Shown here piece after piece: positions 16,855-25,126 of a stretch of DNA of 28,984 nucleotides. The DNA lies in assembly GCA_046542505.1 (NCBI GenBank), contig JBKHBH010000021.1:1-28984 (forward strand), read 5' to 3'. Below the pieces are notes generated by a model, which saw only the letters and a list, made by a program, of their open reading frames with translations, had not been told where the DNA came from and did no database searches. Both the position numbers and the translations under genes were made by a program. The stretch is from Thermovirgaceae bacterium (lineage in GTDB: Bacteria > Synergistota > Synergistia > Synergistales > Thermovirgaceae). The stretch's first letter is position 1; every line of letters begins with the position of its first letter.

Positions 16855-17786
16855 AACGTCTCCCCTTTTTCCTTCCCATGCAGGCATGCCCCGGACGCTG
16901 CATATACTGCGACCAGCAGGCGATAACCGGAGAAAGCCAGGGCCTGTCACCCCGAGATGTAGAAAACACCGCACTGGCCTTGCCGGAAGCCATGGAAATC
17001 TGTTTTTTTGGAGGAAGTTTCACCTGTCTTCCCCCGCATCTTAGGCGATCTTTCCTGAAAGCCGCCAATTCCGCCCCCAAAGGAAGCCGTCTAAGACTTT
17101 CTACCCATCCATTATGCATAACTCCGGAAGTGCTTGAAGAATTGACCCTTTTCTCCGTCGACGTAGTGGAACTCGGCGTAACATCCCTTGATAGCGCCGT
17201 ACTCCAGACTTGCCGCAGGGGATATGACGCCGGAACGGTTCTGGAACGCCTCGAAATGATCCTCACCGAAGGCATGACTCCGGGAGCCCAGCTGATGACG
17301 GGCCTTCCCGGCCAGGATCTGGACAGTTCCAAAAATGACATAAATATCCTTGCGCGCCTCAAGGGATTTTCAAAAATGCAATTGCGGATCTATCCATGCC
17401 TTGTCTTCCCCAACACGCTGCTGGCGACGCTTTACGAGCAGCAGCGGTACACTCCCCTGTCTACGGAAGAATGTGCAAGGCAAACGGGACAGCTCATAGA
17501 TCTCGCCCGGCGGCTCGGCTTCGAGATTCTCCGCGTCGGTCTGCACGAAACGGCATCTCTGCGGAAATCTGTTCTGGCAGGCCCCGCCCACCCCGCTCTC
17601 GGAGAACTGGCAAGGGCGGAGGCCCTGGCGATTCATTTGGGCCGGGGCTCACTTTCAGGCCCCTGGAAGGTCCCTTCTAAAGAACGATCTCTCCTGTGTG
17701 GTCACGGAGGGTACGGGTACAAGGCGCTTTCCAGAATCACCGGAACGCCCGTTAAGGTCATCAGGGAAAACATTCTCTGGATCTAG
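16851..17786 (+). CDS. Radical SAM protein (Elp3/HemN-like, no GNAT domain)
   Basis: CxxxCxxC 'CPGRCIYCDQ..ITG', 'EICFFGGSFT', 'RLSTHP', 'ELGV.S', 'QLMTGLPG', 'LRIYP', 'GPAHPA'. Confidence 0.9.
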   Translation: MKRLPFFLPMQACPGRCIYCDQQAITGESQGLSPRDVENTALALPEAMEICFFGGSFTCLPPHLRRSFLKAANSAPKGSRLRLSTHPLCITPEVLEELTLFSVDVVELGVTSLDSAVLQTCRRGYDAGTVLERLEMILTEGMTPGAQLMTGLPGQDLDSSKNDINILARLKGFSKMQLRIYPCLVFPNTLLATLYEQQRYTPLSTEECARQTGQLIDLARRLGFEILRVGLHETASLRKSVLAGPAHPALGELARAEALAIHLGRGSLSGPWKVPSKERSLLCGHGGYGYKALSRITGTPVKVIRENILWI

Positions 17787-17810
17787 CTTTCTTCCGGCTT
17801 CTCCCCGCTG

Positions 17811-17839
17811 TTGCACTTTCATATGCGAATACTTACAAT
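17811..17839 (+). promoter_or_regulatory. Probable promoter of the MATE gene
   Basis: TTGCAC-17 bp-TACAAT. Confidence 0.6.
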
Positions 17840-17870
17840 GCAAGGACGTCTTTTTCCAGGAGGGACACCG

Positions 17871-19307
17871 GTGTCCTCGAAAATGAAACGATCTGTCGAC
17901 ATGGGGAGCGGGAGTGTTCCGCGAGCGTTGTGGAAACTCGCTCTTCCCTCCATTTTTTCAATGCTTTTTCATACTCTTTTTCATCTCGTGGACACGGTCT
18001 TCGTTTCCTGGCTCGGCGAGTATCCCCTGGCCGCGATGTCGTTGACCTTCCCGGTCATGTTCATTATTTTCGCCCTTATCAACGGCATCGCTGTGGGGAC
18101 AACGACAACGGTCAGCAACCAGCTTGGCGCCGGGAACGATACGGAAGCCCGCGATTTCTGCGACGCTTCACTGATCCTTCTTCTTTCTCTTTCTCTCATC
18201 CCCGTACCGCTTCTGTTTCCTGGCATTTCCGACGGATTCTTCGGGTTCCTCGGAGGAGAAGGACCGGTTCTTTCAGAAAGCTACCGGTACTCATTCTGGA
18301 TGATCGTCGGCATCACCCCCATGGCTTTCTCCCTTCTCGGCGACTCCCTTTTCAGAAGTCAGGGGGACACGGTCACACCGATGAAGGCTATGGTCCTCGG
18401 AAACGGCATCAACGCCCTTCTTGATCCGCTGTTTATTTTCACCTTTGGGTGGGGTATCGCAGGAGCATCCTTCGCCACCTTCGTCAGCAGGTTCACATCT
18501 CTTGCCTATGTGGTTTACAAGTTGCGGGCGGACAGCGATCTAAGGCCCTCCTTCAGGATTCCTCAAAAGATGCTTTCCAGATGGAAACGGATCGTGGCCA
18601 TCGGAATTCCGGTCTTCCTTTCACAGGGAAGCATGGCAATCGGGTCGGCGGCAATGAACAGGATCCTCGCACGCTACGGGGCAGCAGCCATTGGTGCCTG
18701 GATGCTCGGAAACCGCGTGGAAAGCCTCGCTTTTCTCCCCGTCTTCGGGCTGAATGGGGCTCTGGTACCTTTTGTCGGCTTCAACATCGGCAAGGGAGAT
18801 TATAAACGTGTAAAATCGGCGCTTCTGACGGCCCTCGTCGGCTCTTCGATCATCATGCTCTCCATAGGGACGCTGATATACATATGGCCTCACCCGATCC
18901 TCACCTTTTTCAAACCGTCCGAAACGGTAACATCCATGGCGACGGCATCAATCAGGGCTTCAGCTACGGGTTATCTCTTTGCGGCTGTCGACATCACCCT
19001 GTGGGGACTTTTCCAGGGAAGCGGCTATTCCGTCTACGGGATGGTCAGCCAGTTCGCCCGCTCCCTCGCCGTGAGAATTCCCTCGGCACTTCTCCTTGCC
19101 TCCTTTTTCGGCCTCAGCGGCGTCTGGTGGTGCCAGCCGCTCTCAACGGCGGCTTCCGGACTTTTGTCGCTCTTTTTTCTCTCCTTCGTCATGAGACGAA
19201 TACACGAAGAAATAACGGAAAAGCGGAAGAAAACCGAGCCCGCAGCCACACCACCGTTGACGAAAACATCCGAGGAATCTAAACTTGAGTCAACAGATAT
19301 CGGGTGA
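17871..19307 (+). CDS. MATE family efflux transporter
   Basis: 'LWKLALP', 'VDTVFVS.LG..LAA', 'RSQGDT.TPM', 'NALLDPLFIF..GWGIAGASFAT'. About 12 TMs. GTG start 7 nt after AGGAGG. Confidence 0.93.
   Translation: MSSKMKRSVDMGSGSVPRALWKLALPSIFSMLFHTLFHLVDTVFVSWLGEYPLAAMSLTFPVMFIIFALINGIAVGTTTTVSNQLGAGNDTEARDFCDASLILLLSLSLIPVPLLFPGISDGFFGFLGGEGPVLSESYRYSFWMIVGITPMAFSLLGDSLFRSQGDTVTPMKAMVLGNGINALLDPLFIFTFGWGIAGASFATFVSRFTSLAYVVYKLRADSDLRPSFRIPQKMLSRWKRIVAIGIPVFLSQGSMAIGSAAMNRILARYGAAAIGAWMLGNRVESLAFLPVFGLNGALVPFVGFNIGKGDYKRVKSALLTALVGSSIIMLSIGTLIYIWPHPILTFFKPSETVTSMATASIRASATGYLFAAVDITLWGLFQGSGYSVYGMVSQFARSLAVRIPSALLLASFFGLSGVWWCQPLSTAASGLLSLFFLSFVMRRIHEEITEKRKKTEPAATPPLTKTSEESKLESTDIG
19257..19285 (+). 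promoter_or_regulatory. Probable promoter of the RpiR gene, inside the MATE 3' end
   Basis: TTGACG-17 bp-TAAACT. Confidence 0.55.
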
Positions 19308-19339
19308 CAGTTCATTAAACCGGATTGGAAGTGACATCC

Positions 19340-20209
19340 TTGGATTCTGCACAATTGCAAAAAAGGCTCCAGGAAAACCTTGAAGACATGCCCAACAAGG
19401 CCCGGCGTGTCGTCAGCTATCTCTTGTCCAATATGAGAGAGGCGGCTTTCAAATCAATTGGAGATGTCGCTGAGGAACTGGACGTCTCAAAGGCGCAACT
19501 TGTGAGGGTCTCCAGGATGCTCGGTTTCGACGGGTACGCCGAACTGAAGGGCGCCCTCCAGGAAGCAATACTGGAACAGGTCAACCCCGCGGCTATGCTC
19601 GCACGGGTCATGAGCAGCAGGCAGGATCTCCCGCAGACTATTTACAAACTTGAACACGCCAATCTTGACGACACCTGGACGCAGATTACGCCTGAAGGCG
19701 TCAGTGCCTTTTGCTCGATGATACGTGATGCGCGGATTACTTATTGTCTTGGCTGGGGTATTTCTTCACTCGTAGCGGAATCTTTGTATATGAGGCTTCG
19801 CGTGATGGGAATGCCTTCAGTCCTTTTGAAGCGATCCAGTATGACGATCCAGGAACAGACAAGGGCCATAGACACGGAAGACGTGGTCGTCGTGTGTGAA
19901 CTCCCAAGCTTCGCTATCGAAGTGACCGAGTCCGTCGCTCAGGCATCGAAGCAGGGCGCGCGGATTGTTACGATTACTGACAGTCCCGCCGCTCCGATAT
20001 GCCGGTATGCCGATCTTTCCTTCTTCGTAAGCGCGGCAAGCCCCATGTTCGGGAGCAGCGTCATCGGACCTCTTTTTCTCGTACACATTCTCTCCTCGGT
20101 TCTGGCCGTCAACATGGGCGACAAAACCCGGGAAGCCATGGAAAAACAGGCGGAATTTCTCCACGACGAGCGCATCTTCCATCCCGTGTTCGGGCTCAAG
20201 TATACATAA
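19340..20209 (+). CDS. MurR/RpiR family transcriptional regulator (HTH + SIS domain)
   Basis: 'SIGDVAEELDVSKAQLVR..RMLGFDGYAELK', 'LGWGIS', 'ITDS..APIC..AD'. Start is uncertain (TTG 19325, GTG 19331 or TTG 19340). Confidence 0.92.
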   Translation: MDSAQLQKRLQENLEDMPNKARRVVSYLLSNMREAAFKSIGDVAEELDVSKAQLVRVSRMLGFDGYAELKGALQEAILEQVNPAAMLARVMSSRQDLPQTIYKLEHANLDDTWTQITPEGVSAFCSMIRDARITYCLGWGISSLVAESLYMRLRVMGMPSVLLKRSSMTIQEQTRAIDTEDVVVVCELPSFAIEVTESVAQASKQGARIVTITDSPAAPICRYADLSFFVSAASPMFGSSVIGPLFLVHILSSVLAVNMGDKTREAMEKQAEFLHDERIFHPVFGLKYT

Positions 20210-20232
20210 ACGGCAGGTATCATCTTATATAC

Positions 20233-20268
20233 AAAAAGGGGGAAGGCCTCGAGGCCTTCCCCCTTTTT
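20233..20268. terminator. Bidirectional intrinsic terminator (perfect 36-bp palindrome)
   Basis: AAAAAGGGGGAAGGCCTC|GAGGCCTTCCCCCTTTTT between convergent genes. Confidence 0.92.
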
Positions 20269-20284
20269 ACTCGCCAATGGCTTT

Positions 20285-20968
20285 TCATATTTCCATTGAG
20301 TCGCCTATATTAAGGATCCTGACTTCCGTCGTTTCAGGGACCTTGGCGGCAAACTCCTCCGGATCGGCCTGGATCACGTCAAAGGTGTCGTAATGCATGG
20401 GGACGACGACTCCCGGGCGGATGAAACCGACAGCCCTTACAGCATCGTCGATATCCATGGTGAAATTTCCGCCGATAGGAAGCAAGGCCAGGTCGATATC
20501 CTCTTCTTCGAGAAGCTTCATCTCCATGGTCAGCCCCGTGTCACCTGCATGATAGATCTTCTTGCCTTCAACTTCGATCACGAAACCACCCGGAGTCCCT
20601 CCGCAAATCATCCTGTCGCCTTCGACGATCCCGGAACCATGCCATGCCGGTGTCATCCGGACCCTGCCAAAGGGAAAAGAGAAGACGCCTCCTACCTGCA
20701 TGCGGTGACATTTTGCGCCCTTCGAAGCGAGATAATGGCAGACCTCCACGTTGGTGATGACCGTGGCTCCACTGGCCTTCGCGATTTCCACGGTATCGCC
20801 GATATGATCTGCATGCCCGTGGGTCACGAATATGTAGTTCCTGTCGTTGAAATCGGAAATATCGACGGGTGCGACACCGCTGCCGCTGAGGAAGGGATCG
20901 ATGAGCGCCCTGAGCCCCTCCCCCTCAATGGAAAAGGCTGAATGACCGAGAAAACGGATCGAAACCAT
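20285..20968 (-). CDS. UPF0173 metallo-beta-lactamase-fold metal-dependent hydrolase
   Basis: 'LGHSAF', 'LIDPFL', 'THGHADH', 'AWHGS', 'YHAGDT', 'LPIGGNFTM', 'PMHYDTF'. Confidence 0.93.
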   Translation of the reverse strand: MVSIRFLGHSAFSIEGEGLRALIDPFLSGSGVAPVDISDFNDRNYIFVTHGHADHIGDTVEIAKASGATVITNVEVCHYLASKGAKCHRMQVGGVFSFPFGRVRMTPAWHGSGIVEGDRMICGGTPGGFVIEVEGKKIYHAGDTGLTMEMKLLEEEDIDLALLPIGGNFTMDIDDAVRAVGFIRPGVVVPMHYDTFDVIQADPEEFAAKVPETTEVRILNIGDSMEI

Positions 20969-21072
20969 CACTATCCCTCCTTTTTTCTGATGCCTTTATT
21001 GTACCCTCTGTGCCGTTGAGGTCTTTCTCTATGTAACAGGAGAAGTCTTCCGGACGTCCCTTACTGAACTCA

Positions 21073-21357
21073 TCATGACATCGGCACTCTCATCTTCATG
21101 ACCGTCTCACTCCAGTGTCCCGATTCGTGGACGGCGATCCCGACGGCACATAGATGGAGGATGCTCCCCTCTGAAAAGACACATCGAACCTTTTTATTCC
21201 TGTTGGCCTCAAACCAGTACGACAATGACCGACTTTCCTCCCAGCCGTCGGCCGTTATCACCACTGTCACATCAGTGCATGAGTCCTCCACAATGCGGTA
21301 TCTCCAGTCCCGAGACTGCAACCCGTCGAGACTTACACCTCGTCCCCTTCGTTCCAT
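21073..21357 (-). CDS. Hypothetical protein (94 aa, contains HExxH)
   Basis: Fills the gap between aspS and the hydrolase on the same strand. ATG preceded by GGAGAGGAG. Overlaps the aspS end by 25 nt. Confidence 0.55.
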   Translation of the reverse strand: MERRGRGVSLDGLQSRDWRYRIVEDSCTDVTVVITADGWEESRSLSYWFEANRNKKVRCVFSEGSILHLCAVGIAVHESGHWSETVMKMRVPMS

Positions 21358-23165
21358 GACTCCTCTCCAGCAGCGGAATTTTTGGGCAAAAGATGAAGCT
21401 CATCGAGCTGGGCCTCATCGACAGGTGAAGGTGCCCCCGACATGAGACATTGGGCTTTCTGAGTCTTCGGAAAGGCAATCACATCACGTATCGAACACTT
21501 CCCGCACAGGAGCATTACGAGCCGGTCAAATCCAAGGGCAATCCCGCCGTGAGGCGGCGTGCCTGAGGATAGGGCATCCAGAAGAAATCCGAAACGCTCC
21601 CGGGCCCTTTCGGGCGTAAAGGCCAGGACATTGAAAAGCCGTTTCTGGACGGTTGTATCGTGAATCCTGATAGATCCTCCGCCAATCTCGTAACCGTTGA
21701 GAACGAGATCATACGCCCTGGATCGGACTGCATCGGGTTGTTTTTCAAAAAGGGGCAGATCCTCCGGTTTTGGCGCCGTAAAGGGGTGATGCAAGGCAGT
21801 CCATCGCTTTTCTTCGTCATCCCATTCAAGTAGCGGGAATTCAGTGATCCAGGCAAAACGCCAGGAATTTTCCTCCACCTTGCCGAGCTGTCGAGCAAGT
21901 TCGACCCGCAGCTGCCCAAGCACCTTGTTCGCCTTCATAGGGTCGGCATCGGCGAGGAGAAACAGGACATCCTCTTCTTTTATGCCCGTCTCCCTGATAA
22001 GACGATCCGTCTCTTCTTCGGAAAGGCGTTTCGCCAGGGGCCCCTTGAGCGTATCCACCTTGAGCCTGAAAGGCGCAACGCCTGAAGCACCCAGTTCTTT
22101 GGCCCGGGTTTCTATATCCGCCTGCTCTTTTCGTGACAGGACAGCGCCACCGGGAACGCAGAGGCCCTTGACGGCCCCCCCTGATTCAAGGACCTTCCCG
22201 AAGGGTTCAAAATCCGTTTTCGAAAAAACAGGGGAAAGGTCGATGATCTCGAAAGGTATTCTCAGGTCGGGCTTGTCTGAGCCGTACCTGTCCATGGCTT
22301 CCCGCCAAGGTATCCGCGGGATCTCATCCTCGAGCACAACACCGATGACGGCTTCGAAAAGCCCTCTGACATACTCTTCGACAAGATTCAGGATATCTTT
22401 TTCGGTGATGAAGCTCATCTCGATATCTATCTGGGTGAACTCCGGTTGCCTGTCGGCCCGAAGGTCCTCGTCCCGGAAACATTTCACGATCTGGAAATAC
22501 CTGTCCAGCCCGCCTATCATGAGGATTTGCTTGAAGATCTGCGGCGACTGGGGCAACGCGAAGAAACGGCCGGGTATGACCCTGCTTGGGACCAGGTAAT
22601 CCCTCGCCCCTTCAGGCGTGGACTTGGTCAGCATCGGGGTTTCCACTTCTACAAAGCCCCTGGCGGTCAGGAAGTTTCTCGTGAAATTGGACGCCGTGCT
22701 TCTGGTGCGAAGATTCGCCTGTACCCGGGTTCTTCTCAGATCGAGATAGCGGTATCTGAGCCGTATGTTTTCATCGACTTTGCTGTTTTTTTCCACCAGT
22801 TCAAAAGGAGGCTGCTGGGCAGTGGAAAGGATGATGAAATCCTTCACGGCCACTTCCCAATATCCCGTATCCACGGAGGGGTTCTCCGTCCCTTCCGGGC
22901 GCCTCCTTACAGCCCCCCTTACGGCAAGGACAAACTCGTTCCGAAGCGTTTTGGCCTTCTCGTAGAGGGTGTCGCCTAGATCGGGGCTGAAGACGGTCTG
23001 CACGATTCCTGTATAATCCCAAAGCTCGATAAAAACGATGCCTCCCAGATCCCGCCTGCGTCGGACCCAGCCGTTGAGTATGACGTCCGTGCCTTCGTGA
23101 TCCCCGCCAATGAACCCGCAGTTGGTTGTGCGCTTCCAGCCTTCGTCAAAAATATCAATCGCCAT
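21333..23165 (-). CDS. aspS: Aspartate--tRNA ligase
   Basis: '[11 protein letters not shown]', '[14 protein letters not shown]', '[10 protein letters not shown]', '[14 protein letters not shown]', 'HHPFT', '[12 protein letters not shown]'. Alternative start at 23183. Confidence 0.99.
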   Translation of the reverse strand: MAIDIFDEGWKRTTNCGFIGGDHEGTDVILNGWVRRRRDLGGIVFIELWDYTGIVQTVFSPDLGDTLYEKAKTLRNEFVLAVRGAVRRRPEGTENPSVDTGYWEVAVKDFIILSTAQQPPFELVEKNSKVDENIRLRYRYLDLRRTRVQANLRTRSTASNFTRNFLTARGFVEVETPMLTKSTPEGARDYLVPSRVIPGRFFALPQSPQIFKQILMIGGLDRYFQIVKCFRDEDLRADRQPEFTQIDIEMSFITEKDILNLVEEYVRGLFEAVIGVVLEDEIPRIPWREAMDRYGSDKPDLRIPFEIIDLSPVFSKTDFEPFGKVLESGGAVKGLCVPGGAVLSRKEQADIETRAKELGASGVAPFRLKVDTLKGPLAKRLSEEETDRLIRETGIKEEDVLFLLADADPMKANKVLGQLRVELARQLGKVEENSWRFAWITEFPLLEWDDEEKRWTALHHPFTAPKPEDLPLFEKQPDAVRSRAYDLVLNGYEIGGGSIRIHDTTVQKRLFNVLAFTPERARERFGFLLDALSSGTPPHGGIALGFDRLVMLLCGKCSIRDVIAFPKTQKAQCLMSGAPSPVDEAQLDELHLLPKNSAAGEESWNEGDEV

Positions 23166-23202
23166 GGTGTCCCTTTCCTCCATGTCTCAACCGGTTCGCC
23201 CG

Positions 23203-24468
23203 TCAAACCCCGGCCTTTTCAAGAAATTCAAGGCTTTCATCCACCGAAAGGATTTGCTGGTCCCCGGATTCCATGTCCTTGATCGTCACTGTCTTCGATT
23301 GAAGCTCGTCTTCGCCGATGACGCAGACGTATTTGGCCCCGATGTTGTTCGCCGTCTTGAATTGTGCCTTCAAACTCCGGTTCTGGAAATCCATATCGGA
23401 AGAAAAGCCGGCGCGGCGCAGCATCTGCATGACCTCAAAAGCTCTAGTTCTGGATTCATCTCCGGCGGAGGCCACATAGACATCGATCACGGGCGGGGGT
23501 CCGAAATCACAGCCCTGTTGCTCCATGGTCAAGACGATCCGTTCAACGCCGGCGGCAAATCCTACGCCGGGAGTCGGCTTTCCCCCGATGGCCTCCGCCA
23601 GGTTGTCGTACCGTCCCCCTCCGCAAACGGCATTCTGTGCACCAAGGTCGCCGGAGAGCACCTCGTAGGCCGTTTTTGTGTAATAGTCCAACCCTCGCAC
23701 AAGCCGCTTGTCGGTGCTGAATTCCACGCCCAGGACGCGAAGTCCTTTTTCGACTCCTTCAAAGTGTTCGCTGCACTCATCGCAAAGATGGTCCAGAGTC
23801 TGTGGCGCATTCTCAGTGATCGCCTTGCACTCGGGGTTCTTGCAATCCAGTATCCGAAGGGGGTTCCTGTCGTACCTTTCACGACAGGAGGAACACAGTT
23901 TTCCCAGATGGGGCTTGAGAAAGACCCTGAGCACGTCCCGGTAAGCGGGACGGCACACAGGGCAGCCGACGGAATTGATTTTTACCTCGAGGCCCCGTAA
24001 ACCGAGCCGTCTGAATATTTCCAGGGAAAGGTCGATCACTTCAACGTCAACATGGGGATTCTGGACCCCTATCGCCTCGAAGTCAAGTTGCCAGAACTGT
24101 CGGTAACGGCCCTTCTGCGGGCGCTCGTAGCGGAACATTGGGCCGGCGTTCCAGAGTTTCACCGGCTGTTGCTGTTTGGCCATGCCGTTTTCAAGATAGG
24201 AGCGCACCATGGATGCCGACAGTTCCGGCCTCAGGGTAATGCTCCTGCCTCCCCTGTCAATAAAGGTATACATTTCTTTTTCCACCACATCCGTCGTCTC
24301 TCCCACACCCCTGGAAAACAGCTCGGTGTGTTCAAAAATCGGCAAATGTATTTCCCTGTATCCGAAGTCATGGGCCACTTTACTGCTTATCCTGAAGACA
24401 TGCGCCCATTTCCAGGATTCTTCGGGAAGAATATCGCGTACACCTCTTGGAGCCTTGATACTCGACAT
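23203..24468 (-). CDS. hisS: Histidine--tRNA ligase
   Basis: 'PRGVRD', 'KEMYTF', 'LRPE', 'FRYERPQKGRYRQF', 'LVRGLDYY', 'GGGRYD', 'GFAAGVER'. RBS AAGGAGG before ATG 24468. Confidence 0.99.
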   Translation of the reverse strand: MSSIKAPRGVRDILPEESWKWAHVFRISSKVAHDFGYREIHLPIFEHTELFSRGVGETTDVVEKEMYTFIDRGGRSITLRPELSASMVRSYLENGMAKQQQPVKLWNAGPMFRYERPQKGRYRQFWQLDFEAIGVQNPHVDVEVIDLSLEIFRRLGLRGLEVKINSVGCPVCRPAYRDVLRVFLKPHLGKLCSSCRERYDRNPLRILDCKNPECKAITENAPQTLDHLCDECSEHFEGVEKGLRVLGVEFSTDKRLVRGLDYYTKTAYEVLSGDLGAQNAVCGGGRYDNLAEAIGGKPTPGVGFAAGVERIVLTMEQQGCDFGPPPVIDVYVASAGDESRTRAFEVMQMLRRAGFSSDMDFQNRSLKAQFKTANNIGAKYVCVIGEDELQSKTVTIKDMESGDQQILSVDESLEFLEKAGV

Positions 24469-24564
24469 GATGCAACATCCTCCTTGACTTTGTATAAAAG
24501 CGCCGCTTGCTCCCGCATTCCAGACTTTCCGGAGGGCAGAAATGTCCTGTTTGCACATCGTTAA

Positions 24565-24592
24565 ATTGTACCATCCACGGGATGCTCTGCAA
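24565..24592 (-). promoter_or_regulatory. Probable hisS-aspS promoter
   Basis: TTGCAG-16 bp-TACAAT with an extended TGn, just downstream of the spoVS terminator. Confidence 0.5.
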
Positions 24593-24607
24593 CGAGGGGC
24601 ACACAGG

Positions 24608-24637
24608 AAAAGGGCCTGCCGAAAAGGCAGGCCCTTT
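24608..24637 (-). terminator. Intrinsic terminator after spoVS
   Basis: Stem AAAGGGCCTGCC/GGCAGGCCCTTT with a 5-nt loop. T run follows on the minus strand. Confidence 0.85.
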
Positions 24638-24697
24638 GTAATTCTCCGGGTAATGCTTCTTTTCCATTAAAATCTGTTCCGTAATATCCTGCCGGGG

Positions 24698-24958
24698 TTA
24701 GCGGCTCTCAAGCTGGAACTTGATAGCTGTTCTTTCTTCGCCATCAATTTCTATCTTGGCAAAGGCGGGAATGCAAATCAGGTCGATTCCGTTTGGTGCG
24801 ACATATCCACGAGCGATGGCGATGGATTTGATGGACTGGTTCACGGCACCCGCCCCGACTGCCTGAACCTCGACAGAACCTTTTTCCCGTAGTACGGCTG
24901 CTATCGCTCCTGCCACAGACTTGGGTTGAGAGTTTGCAGAGACCTTGAGCACTTCCAT
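24698..24958 (-). CDS. spoVS: Stage V sporulation protein S family (Alba-like)
   Basis: 'MEVLKVSANSQPKSVAGAIA', 'QAVGAGAVNQSIKSIAIARG', 'IPAF..IEIDGEERTAIK'. Confidence 0.98.
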   Translation of the reverse strand: MEVLKVSANSQPKSVAGAIAAVLREKGSVEVQAVGAGAVNQSIKSIAIARGYVAPNGIDLICIPAFAKIEIDGEERTAIKFQLESR

Positions 24959-25045
24959 GGAAAATCGCCCTCCCCTTGCACTCCGTCTTTGCGTTCGGTC
25001 GTTTTTTGGTCATGACCAGCTCTTTATTGTATTTGCACAATATCA

Positions 25046-25075
25046 AGTATACCTCTATGAGCCACTTCACATCAA
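25046..25075 (-). promoter_or_regulatory. Probable spoVS promoter
   Basis: TTGATG-18 bp-TATACT in an AT-rich intergenic region. Confidence 0.45.
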
Positions 25076-25126
25076 GTCTTCAGATTTCAGACAAATTTGG
25101 CGGTCTCCATGAACGATCCGTTATCA

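Noticed and set aside
20972..21072. Possible 6S RNA downstream of hisS-aspS, as in Bacillus
   Set aside because: The gap is about 100 nt, shows no long self-complementary rod, and holds a likely -10 and RBS for the hydrolase.
24469..24560. Possible T-box or attenuator in the hisS leader
   Set aside because: The leader is only about 90 nt, with no T-box GGTGGNACCGCG motif, no terminator and no His-rich leader peptide.
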